Shown here one piece after another: positions 52,201 to 64,000 of a stretch of 64,000 nucleotides of DNA. The notes beneath the pieces were generated by a model. That model made no database searches. It saw only the letters and a list, made by a program, of their open reading frames with translations, and was not told the origin of the DNA. The first letter of the stretch is position 1. Each line of letters begins with the position of its first letter. The position numbers were made by a program, and so were the translations under genes. Source of the DNA: Nemertoderma westbladi (taxonomy: Eukaryota > Animalia > Xenacoelomorpha); the NCBI GenBank assembly GCA_032718475.1, contig JAUCBJ010007712.1, positions 1-64,000 on the forward strand, given 5' to 3'.

Positions 52201-55200
52201 CTAACAACATTGGTTTCCCATCTGCACTAACAACCTTGGTTTCCCATCTGCACTAACTAACAACATTGGTTTCCCATCTGCACTAACAACCTTGGTTTCC
52301 CATCTGCACTAACTAACAACCTTGGTTTCCCATCTGCACTAACTAACAACATTGGTTTCCCATCTGCACTAACTAACAACCTTGGTTTCCCATCTGCACT
52401 AACTAACAACATTGGTTTCCCATCTGCACTAACAACCTTGGTTTCCCATCTGCACTAACTAACAACATTGGTTTCCCATCTGCACTAACAACCTTGGTTT
52501 CCCATCTGCACTAACAACCTTGGTTTCCCATCTGCACTAACTAACAACCTTGGTTTCCCATCTGCACTAACAACCTTGGTTTCCCATCTGCACTAACTAA
52601 CAACCTTGGTTTCCCATCTGCACTAACTAACAACATTGGTTTCCCATCTGCACTAACAACCTTGGTTTCCCATCTGCACTAACTAACAACATTGGTTTCC
52701 CATCTGCACTAACAACCTTGGTTTCCCATCTGCACTACTAACAACCTTGGTTTCCCATCTGCACTAACTAACAACCTTGGTTTCCCATCTGCACTAACTA
52801 ACAACATTGGTTTCCCATCTGCACTAACTAACAACCTTGGTTTCCCATCTGCACTAACTAACAACCTTGGTTTCCCATCTGCACTAACTAACAACCTTGG
52901 TTTCCCATCTGCACTAACTAACAACATTGGTTTCCCATCTGCACTAACAACCTTGGTTTCCCATCTGCACTAACTAACAACATTGGTTTCCCATCTGCAC
53001 TAACAACCTTGGTTTCCCATCTGCACTAACTAACAACCTTGGTTTCCCATCTGCACTAACTAACAACTTGGTTTCCCATCTGCACTAACTAACAACATTG
53101 GTTTCCCATCTGCACTAACTAACAACCTTGGTTTCCCATCTGCACTAACTAACAACCTTGGTTTCCCATCTGCACTAACTAACAACCTTGGTTTCCCATC
53201 TGCACTAACTAACAACCTTGGTTTCCCATCTGCACTAACAACCTTGGTTTCCCATCTGCACTAACTAACAACATTGGTTTCCCATCTGCACTAACAACCT
53301 TGGTTTCCCATCTGCACTAACAACCTTGGTTTCCCATCTGCACTAACTAACAACATTGGTTTCCCATCTGCACTAACAACCTTGGTTTCCCATCTGCACT
53401 AACACCTTGGTTTCCCATCTGCACTAACTAACAACTTGGTTTCCCATCTGAACTAACTAACAACATTGGTTTCCCATCTGCACTAACTAACAACCTTGGT
53501 TTCCCATCTGCACTAACAACCTTGGTTTCCCATCTGCACTAACTAACAACATTGGTTTCCCATCTGCACTAACAAACTTGGTTTCCCATCTGCACTAACT
53601 AACAACCTTGGTTTCCCATCTGCACTAACTAACAACATTGGTTTCCCATCTGCACTAACTAACAACCTTGGTTTCCCATCTGCACTAACTAACAACATTG
53701 GTTTCCCATCTGCACTAACAACCTTGGTTTCCCATCTGCACTAACTAACAACATTGGTTTCCCATCTGCACTAACAACCTTGGTTTCCCATCTGCACTAA
53801 CAACCTTGGTTTCCCATCTGCACTAACTAACAACCTTGGTTTCCCATCTGCACTAACAACCTTGGTTTCCCATCTGCACTAACTAACAACCTTGGTTTCC
53901 CATCTGCACTAACTAACAACATTGGTTTCCCATCTGCACTAACAACCTTGGTTTCCCATCTGCACTAACTAACAACATTGGTTTCCCATCTGCACTAACA
54001 ACCTTGGTTTCCCATCTGCACTAACAACCTTGGTTTCCCATCTGCACTAACTAACAACCTTGGTTTCCCATCTGAACTAACTAACAACATTGGATTCCCA
54101 TCTGCACTAACTAACAACCTTGGTTTCCCATCTGCACTAACTAACAACATTGGTTTCCCATCTGCACTAACAACCTTGGTTTCCCATCTGCACTAACTAA
54201 CAACATTGGTTTCCCATCTGCACTAACAACCTTGGTTTCCCATCTGCACTAACTAACAACCTTGGTTTCCCATCTGCACTAACTAACAACATTGGTTTCC
54301 CATCTGCACTAACTAACAACCTTGGTTTCCCATCTGCACTAACTAACAACCTTGGTTTCCCATCTGCACTAACTAACAACCTTGGTTTCCCATCTGCACT
54401 AACTAACAACATTGGTTTCCCATCTGCACTAACAACCTTGGTTTCCCATCTGCACTAACTAACAACATTGGTTTCCCATCTGCACTAACAACCTTGGTTT
54501 CCCATCTGCACTAACAACCTTGGTTTCCCATCTGCACTAACTAACAACCTTGGTTTCCCATCTGAACTAACTAACAACATTGGATTCCCATCTGCACTAA
54601 CTAACAACCTTGGTTTCCCATCTGCACTAACTAACAACATTGGTTTCCCATCTGCACTAACAACCTTGGTTTCCCATCTGCACTAACTAACAACATTGGT
54701 TTCCCATCTGCACTAACAACCTTGGTTTCCCATCTGCACTAACTAACAACCTTGGTTTCCCATCTGCACTAACTAACAACATTGGTTTCCCATCTGCACT
54801 AACTAACAACCTTGGTTTCCCATCTGCACTAACTAACAACATTGGTTTCCCATCTGCACTAACAACCTTGGTTTCCCATCTGCACTAACTAACAACATTG
54901 GTTTCCCATCTGCACTAACTAACAACCTTGGTTTCCCATCTGCACTAACTAACAACATTGGTTTCCCATCTGCACTAACAACATTGGTTTCCCATCTGCA
55001 CTAACTAACAACCTTGGTTTCCCATCTGCACTAACTAACAACATTGGTTTCCCATCTGCACTAACAACCTTGGTTTCCCATCTGCACTAACTAACAACAT
55101 TGGTTTCCCATCTGCACTAACTAACAACCTTGGTTTCCCATCTGCACTAACTAACAACATTGGTTTCCCATCTGCACTAACAACCTGGGTTTCCTATCTG

Positions 55201-57680
55201 CACTAACTAACAACATTGGTTTCCCATCTGAACTAACTAACAACATTGGTTTCCCATCTGCACTAACTAACAATCTTGGTTTCCCATCTGCACTAACAAC
55301 CTTGGTTTCCCATCTGCACTAACTAACAATCTTGGTTTCCCATCTGCACTAACAACCTTGGTTTCCCATCTGCACTAACTAACAACATTGATTTCCCGTC
55401 TGAACTAACTATCAACATTGGTTTCCCATCTGCACTAACTAACAACATTGGTTTCCCATCTGCGCTAACAACCTTGGTTTCCCATCTACACTAACTAACA
55501 ACCTTGGTTTCCCATCTGCTCTAACTAACAACATTGGTCTCCCATCAACTGCACTAACAACCTTGGTTTCCCATCTGCACTAACTAACAACCTTGGTTTC
55601 CCATCTGCACTAACTAACAACATTGGTTTCCCATCTGCACTAACTAACAACCTTGGTTTCCCATCTGCACTAACTAACAACCTTGGTTTCCCATCTGCAC
55701 TTACTAACAACATTAGTTTCCCATCTGCACTAACTAACAACCTTGGTTTCCCATCTGCACTAACTAACAACATTGGTTTCCCATCTGAACTAACTAACAA
55801 CATTGGTCTCCCATCAACACTAACTAACAACCTTGGTTTCCTATTTGCACTAACTTGCACTAACTAACAACCTTGGTTTCCCATCTGAACTAACTAACAA
55901 CATTGGATTCCCATCTGCACTAACTAACAACCTTGGTTTCCCATCTGCACTAACTAACAACATTGGTTTCCCATCTGCACTAACAACCTTGGTTTCCCAT
56001 CTGCACTAACTAACAACATTGGTTTCCCATCTGCACTAACAACCTTGGTTTCCCATCTGCACTAACTAACAACCTTGGTTTCCCATCTGCACTAACTAAC
56101 AACATTGGTTTCCCATCTGCACTAACTAACAACCTTGGTTTCCCATCTGCACTAACTAACAACATTGGTTTCCCATCTGCACTAACTAACAACCTTGGTT
56201 TCCCATCTGCACTAACTAACAACATTGGTTTCCCATCTGCACTAACAACCTTGGTTTCCCATCTGCACTAACTAACAACATTGGTTTCCCATCTGCACTA
56301 ACAACCTTGGTTTCCCATCTGCACTAACTAACAACCTTGGTTTCCCATCTGAACTAACTAACAACATTGGATTCCCATCTGCACTAACTAACAACCTTGG
56401 TTTCCCATCTGCACTAACTAACAACATTGGTTTCCCATCTGCACTAACAACCTTGGTTTCCCATCTGCACTAACTAACAACATTGGTTTCCCATCTGCAC
56501 TAACAACCTTGGTTTCCCATCTGCACTAACTAACAACCTTGGTTTCCCATCTGCACTAACTAACAACATTGGTTTCCCATCTGCACTAACTAACAACCTT
56601 GGTTTCCCATCTGCACTAACTAACAACATTGGTTTCCCATCTGCACTAACAACCTTGGTTTCCCATCTGCACTAACTAACAACATTGGTTTCCCATCTGC
56701 ACTAACTAACAACCTTGGTTTCCCATCTGCACTAACTAACAACGTTGGTTTCCCATCTGCACTAACAACATTGGTTTCCCATCTGCACTAACTAACAACC
56801 TTGGTTTCCCATCTGCACTAACTAACAACATTGGTTTCCCATCTGCATTAACAACCTTGGTTTCCCATCTGCACTAACTAACAACATTGGTTTCCCATCT
56901 GCACTAACTAACAACCTTGGTTTCCCATCTGCACTAACTAACAACATTGGTTTCCCATCTGCACTAACAACCTGGGTTTCCTATCTGCACTAACTAACAA
57001 CATTGGTTTCCCATCTGAACTAACTAACAACATTGGTTTCTCATCTGCACTAACTAACAATCTTGGTTTCCCATCTGCACTAACAACCTTGGTTTCCCAT
57101 CTGCACTAACTAACAATCTTGGTTTCCCATCTGCACTAACAACCTTGGTTTCCCATCTGCACTAACTAACAACATTGATTTCCCGTCTGAACTAACTATC
57201 AACATTGGTTTCCCATCTGCACTAACTAACAACATTGGTTTCCCATCTGCGCTAACAACCTTGGTTTCCCATCTACACTAACTAACAACCTTGGTTTCCC
57301 ATCTGCTCTAACTAACAACATTGGTCTCCCATCAACTGCACTAACAACCTTGGTTTCCCATCTGCACTAACTAATAACCTTGGTTTCCCATCTGCACTAA
57401 CTAACAACATTGGTTTCCCATCTGCACTAACTAACAACCTTGGTTTCCCATCTGCACTAACTAACAACCTTGGTTTCCCATCTGCACTTACTAACAACAT
57501 TAGTTTCCCATCTGCACTAACTAACAACATTGGTTTCCCATCTGCACTAACTAACAACATTGGTTTCCCATCTGAACTAACTAACAACATTGGTCTCCCA
57601 TCAACACTAACTAACAACCTTGGTTTCCTATTTGCACTAACTTGCACTAACTGACTACCTTGGTTTCCCATCTGAACTAC
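40270..57680 (+). repeat. 17.4-kb satellite of 30-bp units AACAACCTTGGTTTCCCATCTGCACTAACT interspersed with 26-bp variants; higher-order structure
   Basis: Continuous tandem array of roughly 600 units; 4-bp indel and C/A variants recur in blocks. Confidence 0.98.
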
Positions 57681-57814
57681 CTATCAACCTTAAATTCGCA
57701 CCTGCACGAACTACAGTATCTAACAACATTGGTTTCCAAAGAGAACCCACAAATATGAACTAACAAATAGAACTGACAAATCGAACTGACAAATCGAACT
57801 GACAAATATCTTAC

Positions 57815-57922
57815 AACATGGCCGGCAACTCTCAATACAGTACAGAGTTCGTTTAACTTACCATCCTTCAACTTCTCGCGATCTTGGACCCGCCACGTCG
57901 GCAGCTTTACATTCACATGCAT
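57815..57922 (-). mobile_element. Possible start of a LINE apurinic-endonuclease domain (remnant)
   Basis: KLPTWRV....KDGKLNELCTVL resembles the .I.TWNV..L...GKL.EL start of RTE-type APE domains. Confidence 0.4.
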
Positions 57923-58709
57923 CCGCTATTTCGGTTCGATCTAATTCATCTCCTGCATTTATTGATGACTCACGATGAAGATTGTAGGCCTCCCTCAGAG
58001 CGCTATAAATTTAAATGAAGTGAACAGGGGTCATAATTGGACGAATTAATGCGATGAGTTATAATTTCCTTATATTAATTCAAATACTCTTTCCTCTTTT
58101 CAAACCATAGAAAACAACCAAATAGAATAATACTTCTTTAGTACATATGTGGTCCTTAAACCAGTAAAATAATACAACATTAAAATGTCAAATTTAAGTC
58201 AACAAATTTATTGTTAACTATAACCAATTCTGGGATTCAACAATAAGATAATAATATAATATGTACAGCGTACGGCATAGTATACTTCGTCATGTACACA
58301 TGTATACATACGTTACAATATCTTACCAAGTAACCTTTCCTTGAGTAACCTAAAATTGTTATGAATTTTGAATGAATTGAAAAAATAATGAATTGAATTT
58401 TGAAACGCTGGATGGCGCAAGTCTTATTACATACAGAGTTTGAGTAAAGCGAAAACAGATTATAAACAGCGGAAGTTACAACCTACGCTTTTACAGATTT
58501 TCATTATAGCTCGTCATATAGTTAGTCTGCAAATCTTTTTTCATCCAAAAACTCTTCGAAACATAGCTGCTTCCCCCGCCATTCTTAGTTACTTAGTTGG
58601 TATTCGTCTATGATAATAGTTGTTATTAGATAGAACTTTTAGCTGACATCATAATCAAGTTCTAGAGTGTTACGTTCTTATATATATATATATATTACAT
58701 ACATATATA

Positions 58710-60500
58710 TTAAGAATGCTGTGCCGGCTTGTCGACAAAATTTCGCCACCTCAACTCCCTATCCCCCATGACATTTGCTAGATCATCCACATCTTCAAGG
58801 CCAGTGCCCTTTAGGATGCGTCTCAAGAAAGTCATGGGCTGTCCACCATGCTTATGCGCTCCATGAGGGCGCCAAAGCATAAGGTTATACTCTATCTGGT
58901 CCTCACGGCGAAAGCGGAGGCGGTTCCGTTCAAGTGTCAAGCTAGGGGAGATTAATTGAACACCTCCAATATTGTATAAAGTCTGGTTGGATATATGTTC
59001 AGTGTACTTGACACAGTGAACCCAGCGCAGCATTCTTGTGAAAGTGCCATCCAGTGATTTATTATTATTGATAGTAACAATGTGTTGGCAAGCTGTATTT
59101 TTCGAGGTGTTTGTTATTATACATTAATTTTATTATAGGAAGGGATCTTGGGGTCGAAAAAAAAAAAAAAAAAAAAAAAGAAAAAAAAATTACGCGATTC
59201 CTAAATTTGTACACTACCCGGTTAAAAAGTACGCATGTGATGGGATTAGTCCTACAATTGCGCCAATAAAAGATAAGTTATTTTCGGTAAAATAAACTTA
59301 TCATTCGAGGCTAAGACCCCAAGATCCCTTCCTATAATAAATCCAGTGATTTGGTATCCTCCGCAGTTAGAGCCCAGCATGGGCTCCCATATAAAAGTAC
59401 TGGTACTACTTCTGCCATAAATTATCGAACCTTTGGTCCCGTTTTATTCTATGAGACTTCCAAATCCAGGACAGACTATTTAATGCTGCCCATGCCTTCC
59501 CCTTACGTTAGTTTGCTGAACATACGTGGTCGGGTGACTGAGTCGAAGGCTTTAAAGAAGTCAACAAAGATAATCGCCAGTTGTCTGTCTTTCTTTATTG
59601 ATAACTCTTTGATTATCCTTCTGAATGCCGGAATATGCTCCATGGTCCCACGACCTTTACGGAACACATTTTGGTTCCCAGGTGTACGTATCAGTCTCTC
59701 AACAGGATCCCTGATGCGATTTAATATAATTATGTTGTATAGCTTTTCAGCAATCGAGATTAATGAGATTCCACGAAAAGATCCACGGGTTGTTAGGTTG
59801 ACCTTCTCTGGGGTTCGGACCAACTTATTTGTTTTCAGTTTTTGTGGGACTCTCTTTGTCCTATACATGTCCACAATAATGAGCTCCAAGCTCCAATTGG
59901 CCACGCCATCTACTCCACTGGCACGATTGGTTTTGATGCTCCTAGCTGCAATCTTGATTTCAGCAAAGGAGATGTCCCCAATGAGGATATCTGTGAGCAC
60001 AGACTCTGATATACATGATGTACCTCAAAGTTATCAGACAATACCCTGTCATTGTTTAGAAGCTTCTCGAAGTCTCCCTTACAACCATTGAGGCGTTCAG
60101 CTGGAGATTCAGCCTTAACCTTGGTAGTTGGTTGCCTTTTCCTCCCAGTGTGCAGGTTTATTGATTGCCATTCCTCGGCTGATTGCCTGCTATCATCGGC
60201 ATTGTTAATGGCATCAACCTGCTTATTGGTAAGCTCCTTCAAATTATCAGAGTACAGCCTGTTTAGGGACCTAGATGCAGCCTTAACTGCATCATTGGCT
60301 GTCCTCGTGTGCCCGAGTCGGCGGGACTCATTCTGCGCCTTAGTGAGGCCATTTCGGCACTTCCGAATTCTGTGATCAGTCCAGGGGGCCTTTTCCTGTT
60401 TCGAGGGTATTCGAGCGTATCGTGATCTGTTGCCTCAGAGGCGAGAACCTCGTACCTGTTGCTCAGTTTTAGTGTGAAGTCTCTTCCCGCTGGGCTCATG
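58710..60500 (-). mobile_element. Degraded RTE/RTEX-like LINE: EN-RT linker, RT domains 0-3, internal deletion, then C-terminus; interrupted at 59061-59340
   Basis: LKLSNRYEVL; RASGVDGV; FRGISLISIAEKLYNIIILNRI; NQNVFRKGRGT.EHI..RRII; IIFVDFFKAFDSV; C-terminus closely similar to 3351-3858. Confidence 0.88.
59061..59340. mobile_element. 280-bp insertion with 12-bp TSD and internal 26-bp perfect inverted repeat
   Basis: ATCCAGTGATTT at 59049-59060 and 59341-59352; IR TTATTATAGGAAGGGATCTTGGGGTC at 59130-59155 and 59315-59340. Confidence 0.8.
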
Positions 60501-60654
60501 TTCCAACTAGGCCAAACAACCCCCTGCTAAACATCATGAAGCATGATAGTTTCACCTCTCTCTACTGAGTGAGTTTTTTCCAACCATCCTTTGGAAATAC
60601 CTGAGATAAGGCGTTCTAATGTTGCTTCACTTTGTATCAAGGTGTACTAAATAA

Positions 60655-61239
60655 CAGGTCACTATAACAGGCCGATCTTTTCCCTATTTATGGCACTTGT
60701 TTCAAAATATTTCCTTAGAAACTTCTTTTATGCTACTTTTCTTACGTGGATATGATGAATAGGGTTCATAGAAATGTAATAAAATATGCAATTATTAGAA
60801 AAAAAGAACAGGCCCCAGGCACGTCAGTTGCAAATGATATAAATAGTAAATAGTAGCCCAATTTCTAGGTGGCGGTCATAATGTGAAATTATCGTTACAC
60901 CCATCGCTATGGAAACGGGTTTGAAAAAAAAAATACCTTTCAAATATTCTGATAGACTTTTACTACTTTACTCACCTGCCAAATCTCAAAAACAGAATCC
61001 CTCATGGTCTGAAATTACAGACGCGCAAAGTTTGAACTTAGCACCCGGTTACCTTGACAACAACAATAAAAAAATTCCAGAAAGACATTTCATCACATTT
61101 CTATGAACCCTAGTCATCATATCCACCTCACAAAAGTAGCATGAAAGAAGTTTCTAAGGAAATATTATTAAAATAGAGCCATAAATAGGGAAAAAATCGC
61201 CCCACGCTAATTTCAGCAATCCGCTCGCTGCTCGACCTG
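60655..61239. mobile_element. MITE with ~130-bp imperfect TIRs
   Basis: CAGGTC...TTTTCCCTATTTATGGC...ATATTTCCTTAGAAACTTCTTT...AGGGTTCATAGAAATGT is mirrored at ~61090-61239, ending GACCTG. Confidence 0.75.
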
Positions 61240-61623
61240 TATCTTGTTTGTATCCACAGGAAGCCATTAATTTGATTTAATTAATACCCAATATTCTGGA
61301 ACATTTTATTTTATCTCATAAGTAGCAGAATTAGGGTAACGATATAATCCATATTATTTTACTATTACTATTGCGTAGCTATTCTTACAAATACAACATG
61401 TTTTAGTATTTATTATATAGAATAAATAGCCAGGAGAGTATGATGAAAGCGCATGCGACTTTTAAACGTCCAATTCTCAGCTATTTCGTAACAATTCAGA
61501 TTTCATTACATACCGGTATTAGGTATACAATTTCATTAAGATTTCTTGAAAACTTGGGGGGTGGGAGGAGGGGGGAGTTCCATATCAATGAATTACTGTA
61601 CATTGACGAAATCCCAAAAACCC

Positions 61624-61970
61624 CCATCACCCATGAAATTTCCTGGATCATCCGCATCTTCAGGGTCAGTTTAAGAAGCGTCTCACAAAAGTCATGGGCT
61701 GTCCACCATGCTTATTTTCTCCATGAGGCCGCCAAAGCACAATATTGTGCACTGGCTGGTCCTCATGGCCCCATATAATATATATAATAAAATATATTAT
61801 TGAATGATGTGTTGGTCATCGCCCACCAACCGAGGTATAAAAACCAGTCGAGATTCATTCAACAACTATATATATAGGGCCTAAAGACATATAATACTGT
61901 AATAATATTATATATCTATGGGACTGCCAAATCCCGGGCAGACTCGTCAATGCTGCCCATGCCTTCCTTA
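61624..61970 (-). mobile_element. Two small fragments of the same RTE/RTEX-like LINE (~61624-61770 and ~61915-61970)
   Basis: AAAGTCATGGGCTGTCCACCATGCTTA and AATGCTGCCCATGCCTTCC are shared with the 58710-60500 copy. Confidence 0.7.
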
Positions 61971-62866
61971 TAAGTATCCGAAGATCTCTACGTGATCCTG
62001 AATGGGGCCTGCTCTTCTTTAATACAGTGTCACATGGACTATGTGTGCTCTTTGTGGTATGAAGGCTTAACTAACCAGCTTAAATGTAAATTACAAGTAA
62101 CTCAGAATAAAGTTATAATACGATTTATTAAAGACTAACAAACCTAGGCACCATACCTCCTACAGTAACTCCATATGACTTTTCTTAATCTGAACTACTT
62201 GGACAGTAGGTTTAAGTATCTACGCCTTAAGGGGGTAGGGGTAGCACCCTCAAATGGAACCTCATATTTTGGTGTCTCTGGACCCTAAAATTGGGTAAAA
62301 AATATTTTTTGTGAACAATTAATGTTTTAAAAAAATACATGTTTTTATAAAAAATACATGTTTTTATATAAAATACATGTTTTTATAAAAAATCTTTTTT
62401 TTGTTTAAATTTTTAAAAACATACGGTAGCTGTTTAAGAATAGCCAAACTTGGACCATTTTAAAAAGGACCCAAAAAGGGCTACTTTTAGTACCTTTTGA
62501 TCCAAAATGGCTCCTGAGGATTTTCAGCGAAAATTTATTGGCAATGGTATCCCGAACGAGTGTACCAAATTTTAACTAATTTTAGTAAAAAATTCTGGAA
62601 AAATAGCGTTTGGAATATTGTTTTTACATAATGTATAAATAAATTTATCTCTATCTAAACTGCGACAACTATGGAGAAACGGAAAGCTCGCAAGGACCTC
62701 CTTTCCACTGCACTCTCTGAGCTCGCTTCACTCGACCTTGTAGTAGTACTGTAGTAGAAAATTGCGAATTAGTTCTGGGTTACTGTGTTACCCCCTATTT
62801 CACCCTAGATTGTGGAGTTTACCTTTAACTACTTGAGATATATTTTGATTGATTTATAGTTCTCAC

Positions 62867-63069
62867 CTTGTAGTATTACTTTTCTTTGTGTTTGTGGTCT
62901 GGGACAGTTTTCCACTTGTTATTAGATCTGCGCAACCTTTGAATGTGAGCTCCTCGCTGAATGGGTTGTTGTATAATGTAATATTCTTAATGAATTCGGT
63001 ATCATCGGGTTGGACGTTATTTGCAATGCATATTTGGTGTAGCAGCGATAGTGTCACGTATTCCTCCAT
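62867..63069 (-). other. Candidate orphan internal coding exon (203 nt)
   Basis: Acceptor TTTTTACTTTACCCAG|ATG, donor AAG|GTGAGA, one open frame; no partner exons or homology recognised. Confidence 0.3.
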
Positions 63070-63270
63070 CTGGGTAAAGTAAAAACTCGTCCGGTTTGTC
63101 TAATCCAAGATTCCATAATGGTCCTTTGATGATCTTGGTATGTATGGAAGTCAGATAAGGAGGGGGTGGGGGAGGGGGGTTAATTGTAAACAGATAGGTG
63201 AGGACAGGGGGGATCCTGGACGCAATCAAAAAGCACTCCTCCCCAGTGGAAAATCGACGCGACACGAATA

Positions 63271-63700
63271 TATTCCATGCCCCGGAGACACCCACCCCCC
63301 CCCCCCCCCCCTATCCCCAATTTTTTTCTACAAATCTTAATGAGATTGCAAGTAATTTGAAACAAAGATTGTTTCACCTCCCTCATCCTTCATGGATGAG
63401 CCAGAATTTGAATTCCGGTTTCAATCTGTAGCAATTTAGTTTTAAAAAAATGAATCCGCTCATATTTCACCAGTTACACTGCAGTAATTCTTCAAACTTA
63501 TAGTTATTTGTTGGTACCAATGAAAAGCTGGCCGTGCACGGATTACAAATTATAAATTTTTCAGAAATAGCTGAGCCATTTGTATTCGAAAGTTGCATGT
63601 ATTTATTACTCCCGGTACAGGCCCTTTTTTATATTTAATAAATTCGCCATATTCTGGAACATTTTGCTTTATCTCATAAGTAGCTGAGGAACAAGGCTAT
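63271..63700. mobile_element. Diverged left half of the 11769-type foldback MITE
   Basis: poly-C, then AATTTTTTCTACAAATCTTAATGAGATTGCA...GAGCCAGAATTT...CACCAGTTACAC..GCAGT, as in 11769-12100. Confidence 0.7.
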
Positions 63701-63734
63701 GTCTATATAATAATACTAGCACATAGTTATTCTG

Positions 63735-64000
63735 TGCTCTTTTATGTCCCTCTAGTGATTCTGAGAGTACTCCTAAGTCATCAGCAAAGTCTAGATCAGT
63801 TAGGCAATTTGCAGGATTTCCTCGTCTTCTGGAGCCAGTAGGTGGAGTTACCATCACCCCATCATCATTATGATGATCTAAGGACATGCGTAGAACATAG
63901 TCAACCCCAATTATGAACAAGAATGGCTCAAGTCTCCCTGGAGGACTACCCCATAACACTTCAAATGGTTCTGTGTCAACAGTAGACACAAATGTTGTTG
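63735..64000 (-). mobile_element. RTE/RTEX-like LINE reverse-transcriptase core fragment (domains 4-5), running off the window
   Basis: DTEPFEV...PFLFIIGVDYVLR...LTDLDFADDLGVLSES. Confidence 0.85.

Noticed and set aside
40219-57671. Dozens of LLVSADGKPR-repeat ORFs
   Set aside because: Translations of the 30-bp satellite, broken by every 26-bp unit; no frame preservation
32342-57680. CRISPR-like appearance of the 30-39-bp repeats
   Set aside because: Units are head-to-tail with no unique spacers, no cas genes are present, and the context is eukaryotic
59351-60375. 246-aa and 107-aa plus-strand ORFs
   Set aside because: Antisense to the LINE RT remnant

Overview
Eukaryotic (animal-like), AT-rich, repeat-dense window with one intact host gene: a two-exon PHAF1/C16orf70 (UPF0183) orthologue at 29049-31810 (+). 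The left half holds a decayed secreted fibrinogen-related (FReD) gene split by an internally deleted hAT transposon (8-bp TSD), several MITEs, and an 11-kb BEL/Pao LTR element (16606-27632, minus; apparently identical 1277-bp LTRs, 5-bp TSD). That element keeps an open Gag-protease frame but has lost RT, most of RNase H and integrase. The right half is dominated by three GC-richer tandem arrays (32-bp, 39-bp, and a 17.4-kb 30/26-bp satellite), followed by RTE/RTEX-like LINE debris. The most unusual signal is in the BEL element. It has no tRNA-type primer-binding site. Instead, the 11 nt next to the 5' LTR are perfectly complementary to a segment inside the LTR, and a second U5-leader stem flanks them. 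This geometry resembles Tf1-type self-primed reverse transcription. The element also carries an unassigned accessory ORF region in the env position. All comparisons were made by eye and no searches were run.
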